Positions 7,669-17,194 of a stretch of DNA of 53,156 nucleotides are shown here, piece by piece. A program made the position numbers and the translations under genes. The notes under the pieces were generated by a model. That model saw nothing but the letters and a program-made list of their open reading frames with translations. It did no database searches and was not told the origin of the DNA. Location of the stretch: IMG/VR virus record IMGVR_UViG_3300009156_000038; one strand, given 5' to 3'. The DNA is from a virus. Every line of letters starts with the position of its first letter. The first letter of the stretch is position 1.

Positions 7669-8416
7669 GGGGCCCGAACCCCTCGGCGAACGCCTCGTAG
7701 ACCCCCTGCTTGACGGTCTCCGCATGGAGCTCGCCGCAGTCGTGGTCCGGTGTGGCCGCCAGGACCGCACGGATCTCCTGAACCTGCGCGGTCAGGGAGC
7801 CGACGGCCAGACCCAGTAGCCGTAGTGATTCGGTGATCCCCCGCAGTTCCCGGGCCAGCTTGTTCTCCTCCAGCCGGTCCTTGCCGTCGGGGCCCTTGAC
7901 GTGCAGGTTGATGGGATCGGCCATCTGGACCACGCTGTCCATCCGGTACTTCAGGGCCGTGAAGTCCGGGTCGGCGTCAAGTTCCAGGGTCATGTCGATC
8001 CTCCAAGGGGTCCGGTTGTTGCAGATCACGCCGTCGATAAGCGACACGTGGACATGATCCCCGTGATAGGTGCCAGCATAGTCGCGCCACGTCCAGGCCG
8101 GGACACCGTGGGCCGGGTAGGACGAGAACATCCGCTGCCGCCGGATCACGTACTTGATCCGCGGGTCCCGGCCCAGGCGTAGCTGTTCGGCTAGTTTGTC
8201 GGCGTCGAAGCCGCGGGCCGGGTCATGGGTGTAGTCACCCGCGGTGCAGATCAGGTCCGTGGTCCACGCCACCTGGTGGGGCTCGTGGTCGGAACCCGGG
8301 TTCTGCTGGTGGTGTTCCGGCGACGGGAAGGCGCCGTCGGATTCCCGGCCGCGGGTCGGGGCGATCCGGTCGGCCTGGTTGAACAGTTGCAGGATCCCGC
8401 CAGCGACCCGGTTCAC
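7655..8416 (-). CDS. Putative endolysin with an N-terminal LAS/M15-like zinc peptidase domain
   Basis: GSDHEPHQ...D and GDHVHVS resemble the H..D / HxH metal ligands of LAS peptidases. GTG 8416 overlaps the stop of the 32-aa ORF (GTGA). GC3 is poor upstream of 8416. Confidence 0.6.
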   Translation of the reverse strand: MNRVAGGILQLFNQADRIAPTRGRESDGAFPSPEHHQQNPGSDHEPHQVAWTTDLICTAGDYTHDPARGFDADKLAEQLRLGRDPRIKYVIRRQRMFSSYPAHGVPAWTWRDYAGTYHGDHVHVSLIDGVICNNRTPWRIDMTLELDADPDFTALKYRMDSVVQMADPINLHVKGPDGKDRLEENKLARELRGITESLRLLGLAVGSLTAQVQEIRAVLAATPDHDCGELHAETVKQGVYEAFAEGFGPRAVS

Positions 8417-8511
8417 CAGGTCACCACCAGGATCACGGCGATCAGGATGGCGACGCTGACCGCGGAGACTGTCAGCCCGGCGATCAGGCGGCAGCGTGCC
8501 GAGGATGCCAT
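8413..8511 (-). CDS. Small hydrophobic protein (32 aa), lysis-cassette component
   Basis: MASSARCRLIAGLTVSAVSVAILIAVILVVTW. Almost every codon ends in G/C. The stop is coupled to the lysin start. Confidence 0.45.
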   Translation of the reverse strand: MASSARCRLIAGLTVSAVSVAILIAVILVVTW

Positions 8512-8786
8512 TCGCTGCTGGGCGCATCGGTGAGACCGGGATCCAGGCTGGGAGGCCGGGCCGGAATGCGGATCCGGTTGATGGCTAGCAGATCCTCCAG
8601 GCGCCCGATGTGTACCAGGGCGCCAAGGAAACGGGATCGCGCCCGTTGGTGTTCTTCCCAGCATGTTTGTAGGTCCTCTCGTAGCTGGGTATTGCGTGTC
8701 CTTCGTAACCCTGACCAGGCGAGAATCAGACCAGCGATACCGGACAGCGAGGAGGCAATGACTGCGCCAATGGCCTCGGGTGCCAC
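8484..8786 (-). CDS. Membrane protein (100 aa), holin candidate
   Basis: ORF track. N-terminal TM AIGAVIASSLSGIAGLILAW followed by a charged tail. GGAGG lies upstream. Sits just upstream of the lysin. Confidence 0.55.
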   Translation of the reverse strand: MAPEAIGAVIASSLSGIAGLILAWSGLRRTRNTQLREDLQTCWEEHQRARSRFLGALVHIGRLEDLLAINRIRIPARPPSLDPGLTDAPSSEWHPRHAAA

Positions 8787-8799
8787 GTGGCCTCCAATA

Positions 8800-8814
8800 A
8801 TCTCTTTCAGAGAT
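8800..8814 (-). other. Small hairpin between the tail-fibre genes and the lysis cassette
   Basis: atctct-ttc-agagat forms a 6-bp stem in the 57-bp gap. Confidence 0.3.
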
Positions 8815-8843
8815 CATAGGCCATTTGCCCCGCTTCATGCCAC

Positions 8844-9530
8844 TTAGCTGAACCTCCATATCTCCAGGCGTGACCGGGTGTTGACGGTGGTGTTCGCCAC
8901 AACCGCGACGTTCTGGGCGAATTGGAACTGCAGGTTCCCGGCCGTACCGCCCATCGTGATCTCCCCGTAGATCGACACCACGGGAACCGTGCCGGAACCG
9001 TAGGCGTTCGCGGTACCTGACGCGGTCACCGAGTTGAAGTTGCCGTCACCGATACCGGCCACGGCTGTCGTCGCCGGGCCGATGGCGCCCCAGCGCATCG
9101 TGGCGCCTGCGGGGATCGTGTAGGCGAACTTGATGTCGGCCGTCGCATCCGTGTCACAGAAGACCAGGTGGTGCCACTGGAAGATGCCCGCGGTCGGCAG
9201 CGGCACCACGAACTGGGTGTCGTTGACCAGCACCGTGCTGTTGTTGACCGTCTGATCCGCGGTTTTGCGGATCAAGGCGTACAGGCTGCGCCGATACAGG
9301 GAGATCCAGTTGGCGCTATCGAAGACCTCGTACCGGTCCACGTCCAGCAGGTGACTGATCTCGCCCTCGTTCGGCGCCGGGTTGCGGGCGGTCCGGTCGG
9401 CTTCGCTGGCGTACCGCTGGGCGAGGCGGTTCTCCATGACCCCGTCCCAGGCCGCCTGGGCGCTGGGCAGGTTCGCCGGGTCCCCGCCCTGCTGCTCGGG
9501 GATCCCCTGATTGGGTGACGGGATACTCAT
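8844..9530 (-). CDS. Minor tail / receptor-binding-like protein (228 aa)
   Basis: ORF track. RBS GGAGG. Beta-rich C-terminus. Last of a run of small tail genes. Confidence 0.6.
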   Translation of the reverse strand: MSIPSPNQGIPEQQGGDPANLPSAQAAWDGVMENRLAQRYASEADRTARNPAPNEGEISHLLDVDRYEVFDSANWISLYRRSLYALIRKTADQTVNNSTVLVNDTQFVVPLPTAGIFQWHHLVFCDTDATADIKFAYTIPAGATMRWGAIGPATTAVAGIGDGNFNSVTASGTANAYGSGTVPVVSIYGEITMGGTAGNLQFQFAQNVAVVANTTVNTRSRLEIWRFS

Positions 9531-9669
9531 GACCGGCCTCCGATTTGCGCTGCCGTGTAATCATCGATGTATGGACTATCATCTGTACGCGGCTCTGGAC
9601 TGCATGGCCCGCCTCGGGTTCGCCATGAGCATGATCGTCGGCATGCTGTGGCCCTTCCTGCGTCCCCGG

Positions 9670-10230
9670 TCACGGCAACGTCACCAGACGCGCACCTAGT
9701 CGGGCCGTGATCGCCAGCGGGCCACCCGTGCCGGTCCACAGGTACTGGACCCGGATGATGTCCCCGGCGACACAGGACGACATTGCCGATGCTTGAACGC
9801 CATGCGTCGAGGTGCCAGCCGTGATGTCCTGTTTGCGCTCGGCGAACGCGACCGCGTTCTTGGTGATGATCACCGCGCAGGAGGTCATCGTGGTCGCGGC
9901 CACCTCGCTGTTGGACCCGAACCGGAACATGTAGACACCGTTGCGCTGGATCGTCAGCCGGTCGTTGCTGACACCCAGGTTCGCCAGGCCCCCGACATCC
10001 CACTGCTCCGTGTCGTAGGTGATCGTCGTAGCCACGCCCACCGCCACGTTCGTCCCCACCGATGCCGCCACCAGGGCCGAATCCCGGTTCAGCGACAAGG
10101 TCCGCAACACGTCCACACCGGAGACCGCGGCCTCCACAGCTGTGGCGAAACTGGCGAACGTGGCAGCGTTGATCGCCTCCCCCATGCAGGGATATGGGAT
10201 GGCGTACCGGGGCGTGGATCCGGGCATCAC
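9670..10230 (-). CDS. Minor tail protein, C1q/TNF-like jelly-roll suspected (186 aa)
   Basis: ORF track. GTGA overlap. ITYDTEQWDVGG...NGVYMFRF is reminiscent of C1q-like heads. Confidence 0.6.
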   Translation of the reverse strand: MMPGSTPRYAIPYPCMGEAINAATFASFATAVEAAVSGVDVLRTLSLNRDSALVAASVGTNVAVGVATTITYDTEQWDVGGLANLGVSNDRLTIQRNGVYMFRFGSNSEVAATTMTSCAVIITKNAVAFAERKQDITAGTSTHGVQASAMSSCVAGDIIRVQYLWTGTGGPLAITARLGARLVTLP

Positions 10231-10880
10231 AGGCTCCCGATGAGATCGCCGGAGCCGAGCCGGGTCAACCAGATCGTGGCACCGATGGGAATGTTGACGT
10301 TGCTGGCGGCGTTCTGGTGCTGCAGGAACACCGACAGGAACGTTTCCGAACCGGCCGGGACGTAGAAGGTGCCCTCGGTCATCAGGTGTTCCCCCGCGGT
10401 CGAGGAGTCGAAGCGGTTACAGCCGAACGTGGTGCCGCCGTTGATGCCGCTCGGGGTCACGTATGAGGTGACCTGCAGGATGATCTGACGTAGGCTCAGG
10501 GCCGTGATCGCACCGGCGGCCACCATCGACACGTAGCATCCGGCATGCCACCAGGCGCCCTCGTCGTCGGGGATCGAGACGTTGCCGGTGGCGAACGTGG
10601 CGCCGGTGGGCACGAAGTCCGTGAACGTGTAGTTGCTGAACACGGTGGCCAGTTGGCCACCGGATCCGAGGATGCCGACGGTGGCAGCCCCGGCCAGCAT
10701 GACCTGGGCCACGTTGGTGGCGACGATCGCGGTGGGGGCGTGCAGGAACCCGTTGAACTCGTCCTGCTGGGCGCCCAGTTGCGCCTCGATCGCGAGGGCC
10801 TGGCGCTGCATGTACAGGGCCACCGCCCCCGGATCGGTGGCGTCCAGGCACGACAGGCCGTACTTCACCTCAGTGGTCAC
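10227..10880 (-). CDS. Minor tail protein (217 aa)
   Basis: Frame of ORF 10227..11387. GTG 10880 overlaps the upstream stop (GTGA). The upstream extension is Arg/Pro-rich junk. Confidence 0.6.
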   Translation of the reverse strand: MTTEVKYGLSCLDATDPGAVALYMQRQALAIEAQLGAQQDEFNGFLHAPTAIVATNVAQVMLAGAATVGILGSGGQLATVFSNYTFTDFVPTGATFATGNVSIPDDEGAWWHAGCYVSMVAAGAITALSLRQIILQVTSYVTPSGINGGTTFGCNRFDSSTAGEHLMTEGTFYVPAGSETFLSVFLQHQNAASNVNIPIGATIWLTRLGSGDLIGSL

Positions 10881-11464
10881 GAGGGGTCTCCGAACCAGTA
10901 GACGGTCAGTTCGGACCGGGAGATCGTGCCGACCTGGCTGCTGACGAAGTTCGGGTACGTGTCCGCCACGTCCCCGGCCACCCAGTTCGGTGCCGTCGGG
11001 TCCACCGCGGTCCGCGGCTCGATGGTGACGATGTCCATCGGGTGTGCACCGAGGGCACTGCCGCCGTGGCGGTCCGTCTGCCCGGCGATGGTGAAGAAGT
11101 TGCGCCTCGTCGACAGGCCGAACACGTTGGCGCCCACGCCGCCGGTTTCCTCCATGTATCCGACGACCGCGAACTTGCCGTTGCGGGCGATGGTGGCGTT
11201 GCTGCTGATCGTCAGGTCCACCATGGAGTCCGTGTCGACTTCTTCCGTGTCGTACACGAAGCCGGACAGGCCCCAGACGTAACTGACCGACGAGGACACC
11301 TTGGCGATCGGGATGGTCCGGGCCGTGCGGTCCAGGGCGTCTTCGAACCCGTCCATCAGGGCCACCAGTGCATTGGTGAAGTCGCACCAGACGTCCGAGG
11401 CGTCGCAGGGCGCGTCGGAACCGATCTGGTAGGGCAGCATGTAGATCGGGGTGCAGGTGGTCAC
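10877..11464 (-). CDS. Minor tail protein (195 aa)
   Basis: ORF track. Translationally coupled on both sides. Confidence 0.6.
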   Translation of the reverse strand: MTTCTPIYMLPYQIGSDAPCDASDVWCDFTNALVALMDGFEDALDRTARTIPIAKVSSSVSYVWGLSGFVYDTEEVDTDSMVDLTISSNATIARNGKFAVVGYMEETGGVGANVFGLSTRRNFFTIAGQTDRHGGSALGAHPMDIVTIEPRTAVDPTAPNWVAGDVADTYPNFVSSQVGTISRSELTVYWFGDPS

Positions 11465-12084
11465 TGGAACACCGCCAGGATCAGGGTGGTGTGCAGGGAG
11501 TTGAGCTGCAGTGTGCCGTCGGCGCCACCGGCCCGGTTGGCCCGCAGGATCGCGGTGTGGCTGCCCGGTGTCACGGTGCGCAGGTCGGCGTTGCCGGTGG
11601 TGGCCCGGTAGTTGATCACGTCACTGCGCCAGATAGCCGCCGGTGACGCCAGGGTGACCCCGTCGAGGCGCAGCATCGTGGTACCGGTGGCCGCGTTCGC
11701 GGCGATCGCCTGGTAATCGGCGAACCAGATCCCCATCACGACGGCCGCGGGTGCCGTGGTGGTGAATGTGAGGGTCGTGTTCGGGACGTCCTGTTCCACG
11801 GCGGTCAGGCCCAGGTTCGCGTTGGAGGCCGACATCTGCAGAGAGGTCAGTCCCAGTCCGGTGACTCCCGGGCCGATGATGGCGCCCAGGGCCAGCCAGG
11901 TTGCCCTTTCCCGCAGCAGGGCCACCGGGTCACCGGTGTTGAATCCGGCGTCACGCAGCCGCCCCACACCCTCCAGGTCCTGGCCGCGGGCGTTGACCAC
12001 GAACGGGTTGCCGGACACGACGGTGCCGATGACCAGCTCGTTGTCGGACGGCAGCTTCCCGGTGATCGTCTCAGGGAACGTCAC
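11461..12084 (-). CDS. Minor tail protein (207 aa)
   Basis: Frame of ORF 11461..12255. GTG 12084 overlaps the upstream stop (GTGA). Confidence 0.6.
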   Translation of the reverse strand: MTFPETITGKLPSDNELVIGTVVSGNPFVVNARGQDLEGVGRLRDAGFNTGDPVALLRERATWLALGAIIGPGVTGLGLTSLQMSASNANLGLTAVEQDVPNTTLTFTTTAPAAVVMGIWFADYQAIAANAATGTTMLRLDGVTLASPAAIWRSDVINYRATTGNADLRTVTPGSHTAILRANRAGGADGTLQLNSLHTTLILAVFQ

Positions 12085-13211
12085 TGCAGTCCCCCGATCA
12101 CCTGGGCGTGCGCCTGCACCGTCATCCTCGCCCCCACATCCAGCGGCATCGCGAATGAAGCCACCACCTGAATGATCCCAGTTCGCCCAAAAGCATTCAA
12201 GGAGGCAATATCTCCCAATTCCAGCGACGCGTCTGGCGGCTGCTCCCACTGCCACGTCTCCGACAGGGCCACACTGCGGCGCAGATAGTCACTGGCCGCA
12301 GTGAACACCGACCCCTGCGTCTGCGGGGTCTGCAACCGGATCGTCTTGTGCCTGCGCCCGAACGGTCCCAGCACGTAGGTCGGGGACGCCGGATTGTTGT
12401 CCGACACCCGGGCCAGGACCGGGAGGGTCCCGTCGGCGCGCTCCCCGATCGCCGTCACGTCGTTCCACACGTCCTCGCGGCTGCGACTCGGGCTGGCCAC
12501 CAGGACCCCGCCTTCACCGTCGGACAGGGTCACCACCGGTGTCCCGGCCACCGTCCAGGGATACTTGCGGATCACGAAGGAACTATCGGCCAGGGCGTAC
12601 CAGAAGGCCCCCACGGTGGTGGCCATCTCCTCGATGGCCCCGGCCCGGTCCGACTCCCACGACAACTGGGGCACCGTCTGGGCGAACGTGTCCGAGACGC
12701 CGAATACTGCATCCGGCAACGCGTCGGACACGAGGCGCTGGAACTCCCCGGTCACCGTGTTCCCGGCCTGCGAGTTCTGGGGCACCACGAACCCGGCTTC
12801 GGCCACTTCCCAGGTCCGGTCACTGGCCGGGACCACCACGGTACCGGTGGGGGCCAGGACAGCCTGCTGGATGCGGCCGGTGAACACCTGCCAGGAGTAG
12901 CGGGAGCCGTCGGCGAACTGGATCCCGCGGTACGCGGCCAGCCGGTTGCCGTAGGGTGCCAGGATCCCGTTAATGGTCTCGGGATACAGGGACTCATCAA
13001 CCATGAGGGTCATGGTCCGCGACACCTGGGAGTTCAGGCTGGCGGTGACCCCGGAACCGGGCAGGAACTTCAGGCCGCCGGTGGACGCTTCGGAGCCGCG
13101 GGGAAGCGGGAGCAGGTTGCCGCTGGCATCCAGGACGTCGACCCGGACGTACTCGGTGTGCGGGGCCGCCAGGGCCCTGCGGTAAAGACCGTCTGTGCCG
13201 CCGCTTAGCAT
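12081..13211 (-). CDS. Minor tail protein (376 aa), hub/baseplate-like
   Basis: ORF track. Position after the distal-tail-like protein. Confidence 0.6.
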   Translation of the reverse strand: MLSGGTDGLYRRALAAPHTEYVRVDVLDASGNLLPLPRGSEASTGGLKFLPGSGVTASLNSQVSRTMTLMVDESLYPETINGILAPYGNRLAAYRGIQFADGSRYSWQVFTGRIQQAVLAPTGTVVVPASDRTWEVAEAGFVVPQNSQAGNTVTGEFQRLVSDALPDAVFGVSDTFAQTVPQLSWESDRAGAIEEMATTVGAFWYALADSSFVIRKYPWTVAGTPVVTLSDGEGGVLVASPSRSREDVWNDVTAIGERADGTLPVLARVSDNNPASPTYVLGPFGRRHKTIRLQTPQTQGSVFTAASDYLRRSVALSETWQWEQPPDASLELGDIASLNAFGRTGIIQVVASFAMPLDVGARMTVQAHAQVIGGLQ

Positions 13212-13666
13212 AGGATCGCCAGTTTCTGCCGTGCACGTCTATTACGTCTTGCCGCATTGAAGCAGGTTCTGCAGAGCCGCTTTGCGCTAGTTACCTTCGT
13301 GTTGCCTGCGGTCATTTCATGACCCAATTTGCATTCTTTCCTCAGTGGATATACTCTGCCTGCGTTTCCGTTCCTAAATCTACCCTTCGCTATGCAATCT
13401 CTCATATTTTCCAACTGGCTGCCGATGAACAAATGGGTAGGATTTACGCAAGCTGGATTGTCACATCTGTGGCAGACGAACTGGTCCTTACCCAGGGGGA
13501 CGCCTAGCATGGATTCCAGAATCCATCGATGCGCGAGGAATCTTTTACCCCTTGCATAGAAGCGCCCATATCCATTTGAGTACAGGTATCCGCGCCAAAG
13601 CCAGCATGAATCTGGCGCCGAGATTTCCACTCGCTCCCAGAATTTGACCATCAACGAAGTATCCAT
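13205..13666 (-). CDS. HNH homing endonuclease (153 aa)
   Basis: [25 protein letters not shown]...AHRWI...[14 protein letters not shown] is a classic HNH_3 pattern. The segment is visibly AT-richer. The start is ATG 13666 (TAATG coupling) or ATG 13684. Confidence 0.85.
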   Translation of the reverse strand: MDTSLMVKFWERVEISAPDSCWLWRGYLYSNGYGRFYARGKRFLAHRWILESMLGVPLGKDQFVCHRCDNPACVNPTHLFIGSQLENMRDCIAKGRFRNGNAGRVYPLRKECKLGHEMTAGNTKVTSAKRLCRTCFNAARRNRRARQKLAILC

Positions 13667-15285
13667 TACGGAAAACCTTGCCATGCGTCGTCCCAGTCGG
13701 ACTCGTTGGCGTTGAGGGCGGTCCAGTTCGCGAAGTCCGCGTTGACGTCGGCCCAGGTGGCCGGACTGAACACGACCCCAGTGCCCGCCCTGCCGCGCAG
13801 CAGGTCCGCCCATGTCAGACCACCCGCGGTCATGGCGTCCCAGGTGGCGAACCGGTCACACAGGTCCTCCACCCGGGCGCCGCAGATGCCCTGGGTCGGG
13901 CCGACCGGAGCGTCCACCGCGACGTGGGGCATCCGGACCACCCGCGGCTGCTGCCGGTGGTCGGAGAAGCTGCGGTCCACGGTGAGGTCCAGGACCGCCA
14001 TGTAACGGTCCGGGATCCCGTAGTCGGCGGGTCCCCGCCACAGCAGCGGGCTGCCGGGTTCGTTGAGGGCCAGGACGGCGTCACGGTCCGGGAAGGTCGC
14101 GGTGACTAGGTTCAGCAGGGACCGCACGTCGCGGCGCTGCCGGGACACTACGATGGGGCGCCGGGCGTTGACCGGGAGCAGTTGGGCCGAGTTGTCGTCG
14201 TACGCCTCAGTGTCCATGGAGCCGAAGAAGATGCCCTGGTTCGGGACGCAGTCCCCCTCGTCGGCGAGGCAGACCACCTGATCGTTGCAGGGGCGCACTG
14301 GGTCCCCGAGGCGGAAGCAGCCGCCGGAAGGTACCACCACCTCCTGGCTGCACGCTTGCACCGGTACCAGGTCCGCGCAGACATCGGTGACGAACAGGTT
14401 GTCCCATTGGAAATTGATGGTGCCGTTCGTGTTGCCCGCCCCGCGCCGGGCGACCAGGTTCAATCTTCCGGGCGCAGTGAAAGTGCTGTCGGTGGCGGTG
14501 ACCTGGAAGTTGGCGGGCATGGGCCCCGTGTTGTCCCACACCATGGCGCTGAGCTGGTTGCCCCAGGCGCGCAGGCGCATCCCCATTAGCGTGGTGGCGT
14601 TGTAGGTCATTACTGCGGACTGGGTGGCGAGGGTCGTGATGACACCGGCAACCACGCGCTGAAGGAAGATGTTTACGTTGCCGCTGGTCGCCATCTGGCT
14701 CACCAGCCGGTACCCGTTGGCCGTTGTCCCGTCGGAGCGCAGCCAGAGGTGCATTTCCGTGGTGGCCGTGAGGGCCAGGGCGGCCGGGAACGCGGTCACC
14801 ATCCCGTCGGCGTTGGGTGTCGTCATCGGCAGCGACGCTATGTAGTCGGTGGCGACGCTGACCGTGGCCATCTGCCCCCGAGTGCCGGTGACCGAGTGAT
14901 CGGCCGCCGCGCCTCCCGAGTTGACGTACACCTGTCCCGAGGTGGCCGTTCCCCAGCTGGCCACAGAGACCCGGGTGAATGTGTCATACAGCAGGAAAGG
15001 TGCCGGTTGCGTGATGGTCTCCCCGGCCGCGTTCATCGCGGTGCCGCAGTAGTAGACGCATCGGTCCAGCGGCGCCTCGGTGTCCCACCAGATTCCCTGG
15101 CCGCAGGACAATGCCAGGCAGCCGTCGGTGCTGTAGGACACGTAGGGGCGCAGCGGGAACCGTTCACCGGTGAGGCAGTCGACCCGCTCGATGCAGCCGT
15201 ATACTGCGCCGGACACGTCCGCGAAGTTGCCTTCGACGATCACGTAGCCGGGTACCGGGAGGACGGCGGCGGAAACGGCGGGCAT
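13666..15285 (-). CDS. Minor tail protein (539 aa), distal-tail-like
   Basis: ORF track. Immediately downstream of the tape measure gene. Confidence 0.65.
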   Translation of the reverse strand: MPAVSAAVLPVPGYVIVEGNFADVSGAVYGCIERVDCLTGERFPLRPYVSYSTDGCLALSCGQGIWWDTEAPLDRCVYYCGTAMNAAGETITQPAPFLLYDTFTRVSVASWGTATSGQVYVNSGGAAADHSVTGTRGQMATVSVATDYIASLPMTTPNADGMVTAFPAALALTATTEMHLWLRSDGTTANGYRLVSQMATSGNVNIFLQRVVAGVITTLATQSAVMTYNATTLMGMRLRAWGNQLSAMVWDNTGPMPANFQVTATDSTFTAPGRLNLVARRGAGNTNGTINFQWDNLFVTDVCADLVPVQACSQEVVVPSGGCFRLGDPVRPCNDQVVCLADEGDCVPNQGIFFGSMDTEAYDDNSAQLLPVNARRPIVVSRQRRDVRSLLNLVTATFPDRDAVLALNEPGSPLLWRGPADYGIPDRYMAVLDLTVDRSFSDHRQQPRVVRMPHVAVDAPVGPTQGICGARVEDLCDRFATWDAMTAGGLTWADLLRGRAGTGVVFSPATWADVNADFANWTALNANESDWDDAWQGFP

Positions 15286-17162
15286 CAGCGTCCCCCTCGC
15301 GGCCCGTGAGCCATGGACCTGGCGTTGCTCTGGTTGTTGCTGCTGATCCGGTAGTCGATGTGCTCGTACAGCTTGTCACCGGCGATATAGACGTTGACGA
15401 CGGACGGCTGGTTGAGCAGGTCCAGCATCCCAGCATCGGCGAGGATGCCGCGGTTGCGGGCGTCGCTGTTGGCCGGGTCCAGGATCGGTTCGCCCTGGTG
15501 GACCATGGCGACCTGGTTGTAGGGGACCACGCCGCCACCGGAGTAGCCGGGCAGGTTCGTGTGGGCCAGGGAGGTGCCGGTCCGGGTGACGCCTTCCTCG
15601 TTGATGACCCCCAGTGCTTTCAGTAGTGCGGTGGCCAGGGACACGGCCCGGGACAACTGGGTCACGATGACTTTGATTGTGCTCAGTGCGATGCTGAATG
15701 CCTCCGCGAACGCCAGGGCCAGGACCACTGCCTGCTGCAGGGCGGCCCGTCCGTCGGGACTCTTCAGCCACGCGGTGAACTTGTTGATCGCTTCGGTGAT
15801 CTTCTCCAGGAACCGGCGCCCGCCGTCCTCGGTCTGTGCGAACAGTTGTCCGAACAAGCCGATCAGGGCCTTGATCAGGTTCCAGATATCGGTGGCGGCG
15901 GCGATCGCGTCGTCCAGGAACTTCTGGAACCGGCCATCCGCTACTGTCGTCTCGATCCAGGTCGCGAAGTCGTCGATGAACCCCGCCAATTTGCCGATGA
16001 GCAGTTCCAGGGTCGGTAGCGCCGCAGTGGTCGCTGTCGCCAGCGCCTGCATCAGATGGATCAGCGGGAACGACAGGGTCTCGATCATCCTGGCCACCGT
16101 TGGGAACAGTTCCTGCACGAACCGCTGGAACGCGGGATCCTGCAGCAGGGACAAGGCGTTGGCGACGAAGACACCCATCGCCAGGGACGCCTTCTCCAAC
16201 CCGGCCCGCAGGATCGGCGCGATCGACTTGATCGCAGGGGCCAGGGCCATGAAGATCGGGCCGAAGAAGGTGCGCTGCACGGTGTCGCGGATGTCTTTGA
16301 GGATCGGGGCCACGGTGCGCAGGTTCATGACCAGTTCACGCATCGTGGGGGACAGCTTCTTCAGCCCGTCGGCCAGTTTCTTCGGGTCCTGTTCGAACAC
16401 CAGTTTCAAAGCGTCACCGAGGTCGTGCAACGCCAAGACCAGGGGCAGCACGATGGCCAGGATCACGCTCAGGGCGGCGGGGACGGCCGTTGCGAATCCC
16501 AGCAGAGCAGCGAACGGGGCCGCGACGACCACGAGCACGGCGGCCAGGGCGGTCAGGACCGATACCAGGGCCACCGCGGCGACCGTGGCCGCGATGATTC
16601 CCGCCGCCGCGGTGGGGGCACTGGCGGCCAGGGCGGCCAGGGCTCCGCCCACGTTGATGGTGGCGGCCACGACGGAGGAGGTGACCTTGCTGAAGTCGGT
16701 GGTGGCACCCACCAGGAACTTGATCCCTTCGAACGCGAGTTCGAGGGATGCCTTGGTGAGGGTGCCGAAGGCTTTGGCCACGTCGAAGACCAGCCCGAAG
16801 ACCTTGACCAGGCTCTTGCTGAGGGAGATGAGGCGTTCACCGAGGTTGCCGATGACCCGGAACAGGATGAAGTTTCCGGTGGCCATGCGCCGGAAAGCCT
16901 TCTCGAACGCGTCCCCGCCTTCGCTGCCGGTACGCCGGGCCCAGCCCACGAACCGCTCACGCCAGGTCAGCAGGGAACGGTCGGTCTCCTTGCTCAGGCC
17001 CGCACTGACGCCCTTACCCAGGGACGCCCCGATCTTCACGCCCTCGGCACTGACGTTGACGTCGAGCTTCTTGAGGATCGAGGTGATCTCTTTCTTGAGC
17101 TCCTTGGCGAATGGACGCGTATCCGCATGAACCTCCACATACGCTTGCCCCAAGGTCGCCAC
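15285..17162 (-). CDS. Tape measure protein (625 aa)
   Basis: Largest tail-region ORF. Ala/Leu-rich helical and hydrophobic central segments. Lies downstream of the chaperone pair. Confidence 0.8.
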   Translation of the reverse strand: MATLGQAYVEVHADTRPFAKELKKEITSILKKLDVNVSAEGVKIGASLGKGVSAGLSKETDRSLLTWRERFVGWARRTGSEGGDAFEKAFRRMATGNFILFRVIGNLGERLISLSKSLVKVFGLVFDVAKAFGTLTKASLELAFEGIKFLVGATTDFSKVTSSVVAATINVGGALAALAASAPTAAAGIIAATVAAVALVSVLTALAAVLVVVAAPFAALLGFATAVPAALSVILAIVLPLVLALHDLGDALKLVFEQDPKKLADGLKKLSPTMRELVMNLRTVAPILKDIRDTVQRTFFGPIFMALAPAIKSIAPILRAGLEKASLAMGVFVANALSLLQDPAFQRFVQELFPTVARMIETLSFPLIHLMQALATATTAALPTLELLIGKLAGFIDDFATWIETTVADGRFQKFLDDAIAAATDIWNLIKALIGLFGQLFAQTEDGGRRFLEKITEAINKFTAWLKSPDGRAALQQAVVLALAFAEAFSIALSTIKVIVTQLSRAVSLATALLKALGVINEEGVTRTGTSLAHTNLPGYSGGGVVPYNQVAMVHQGEPILDPANSDARNRGILADAGMLDLLNQPSVVNVYIAGDKLYEHIDYRISSNNQSNARSMAHGPRGGR

Positions 17163-17194
17163 GAAACCATCATAGGGTAAGAATCGGACGTAAA

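Noticed and set aside
15559-17130. Very long ORFs antisense to real genes: 15559..17130 (+), 28717..30489 (+), 31293..33245 (+), 43549..46038 (+), 19387..20715 (+) and 46318..47268 (+).
   Set aside because: Their products are Arg/Gly/Pro/Ala-rich low-complexity strings. Third-position GC bias and recognisable motifs lie on the opposite strand. These are typical shadow ORFs of a high-GC genome.
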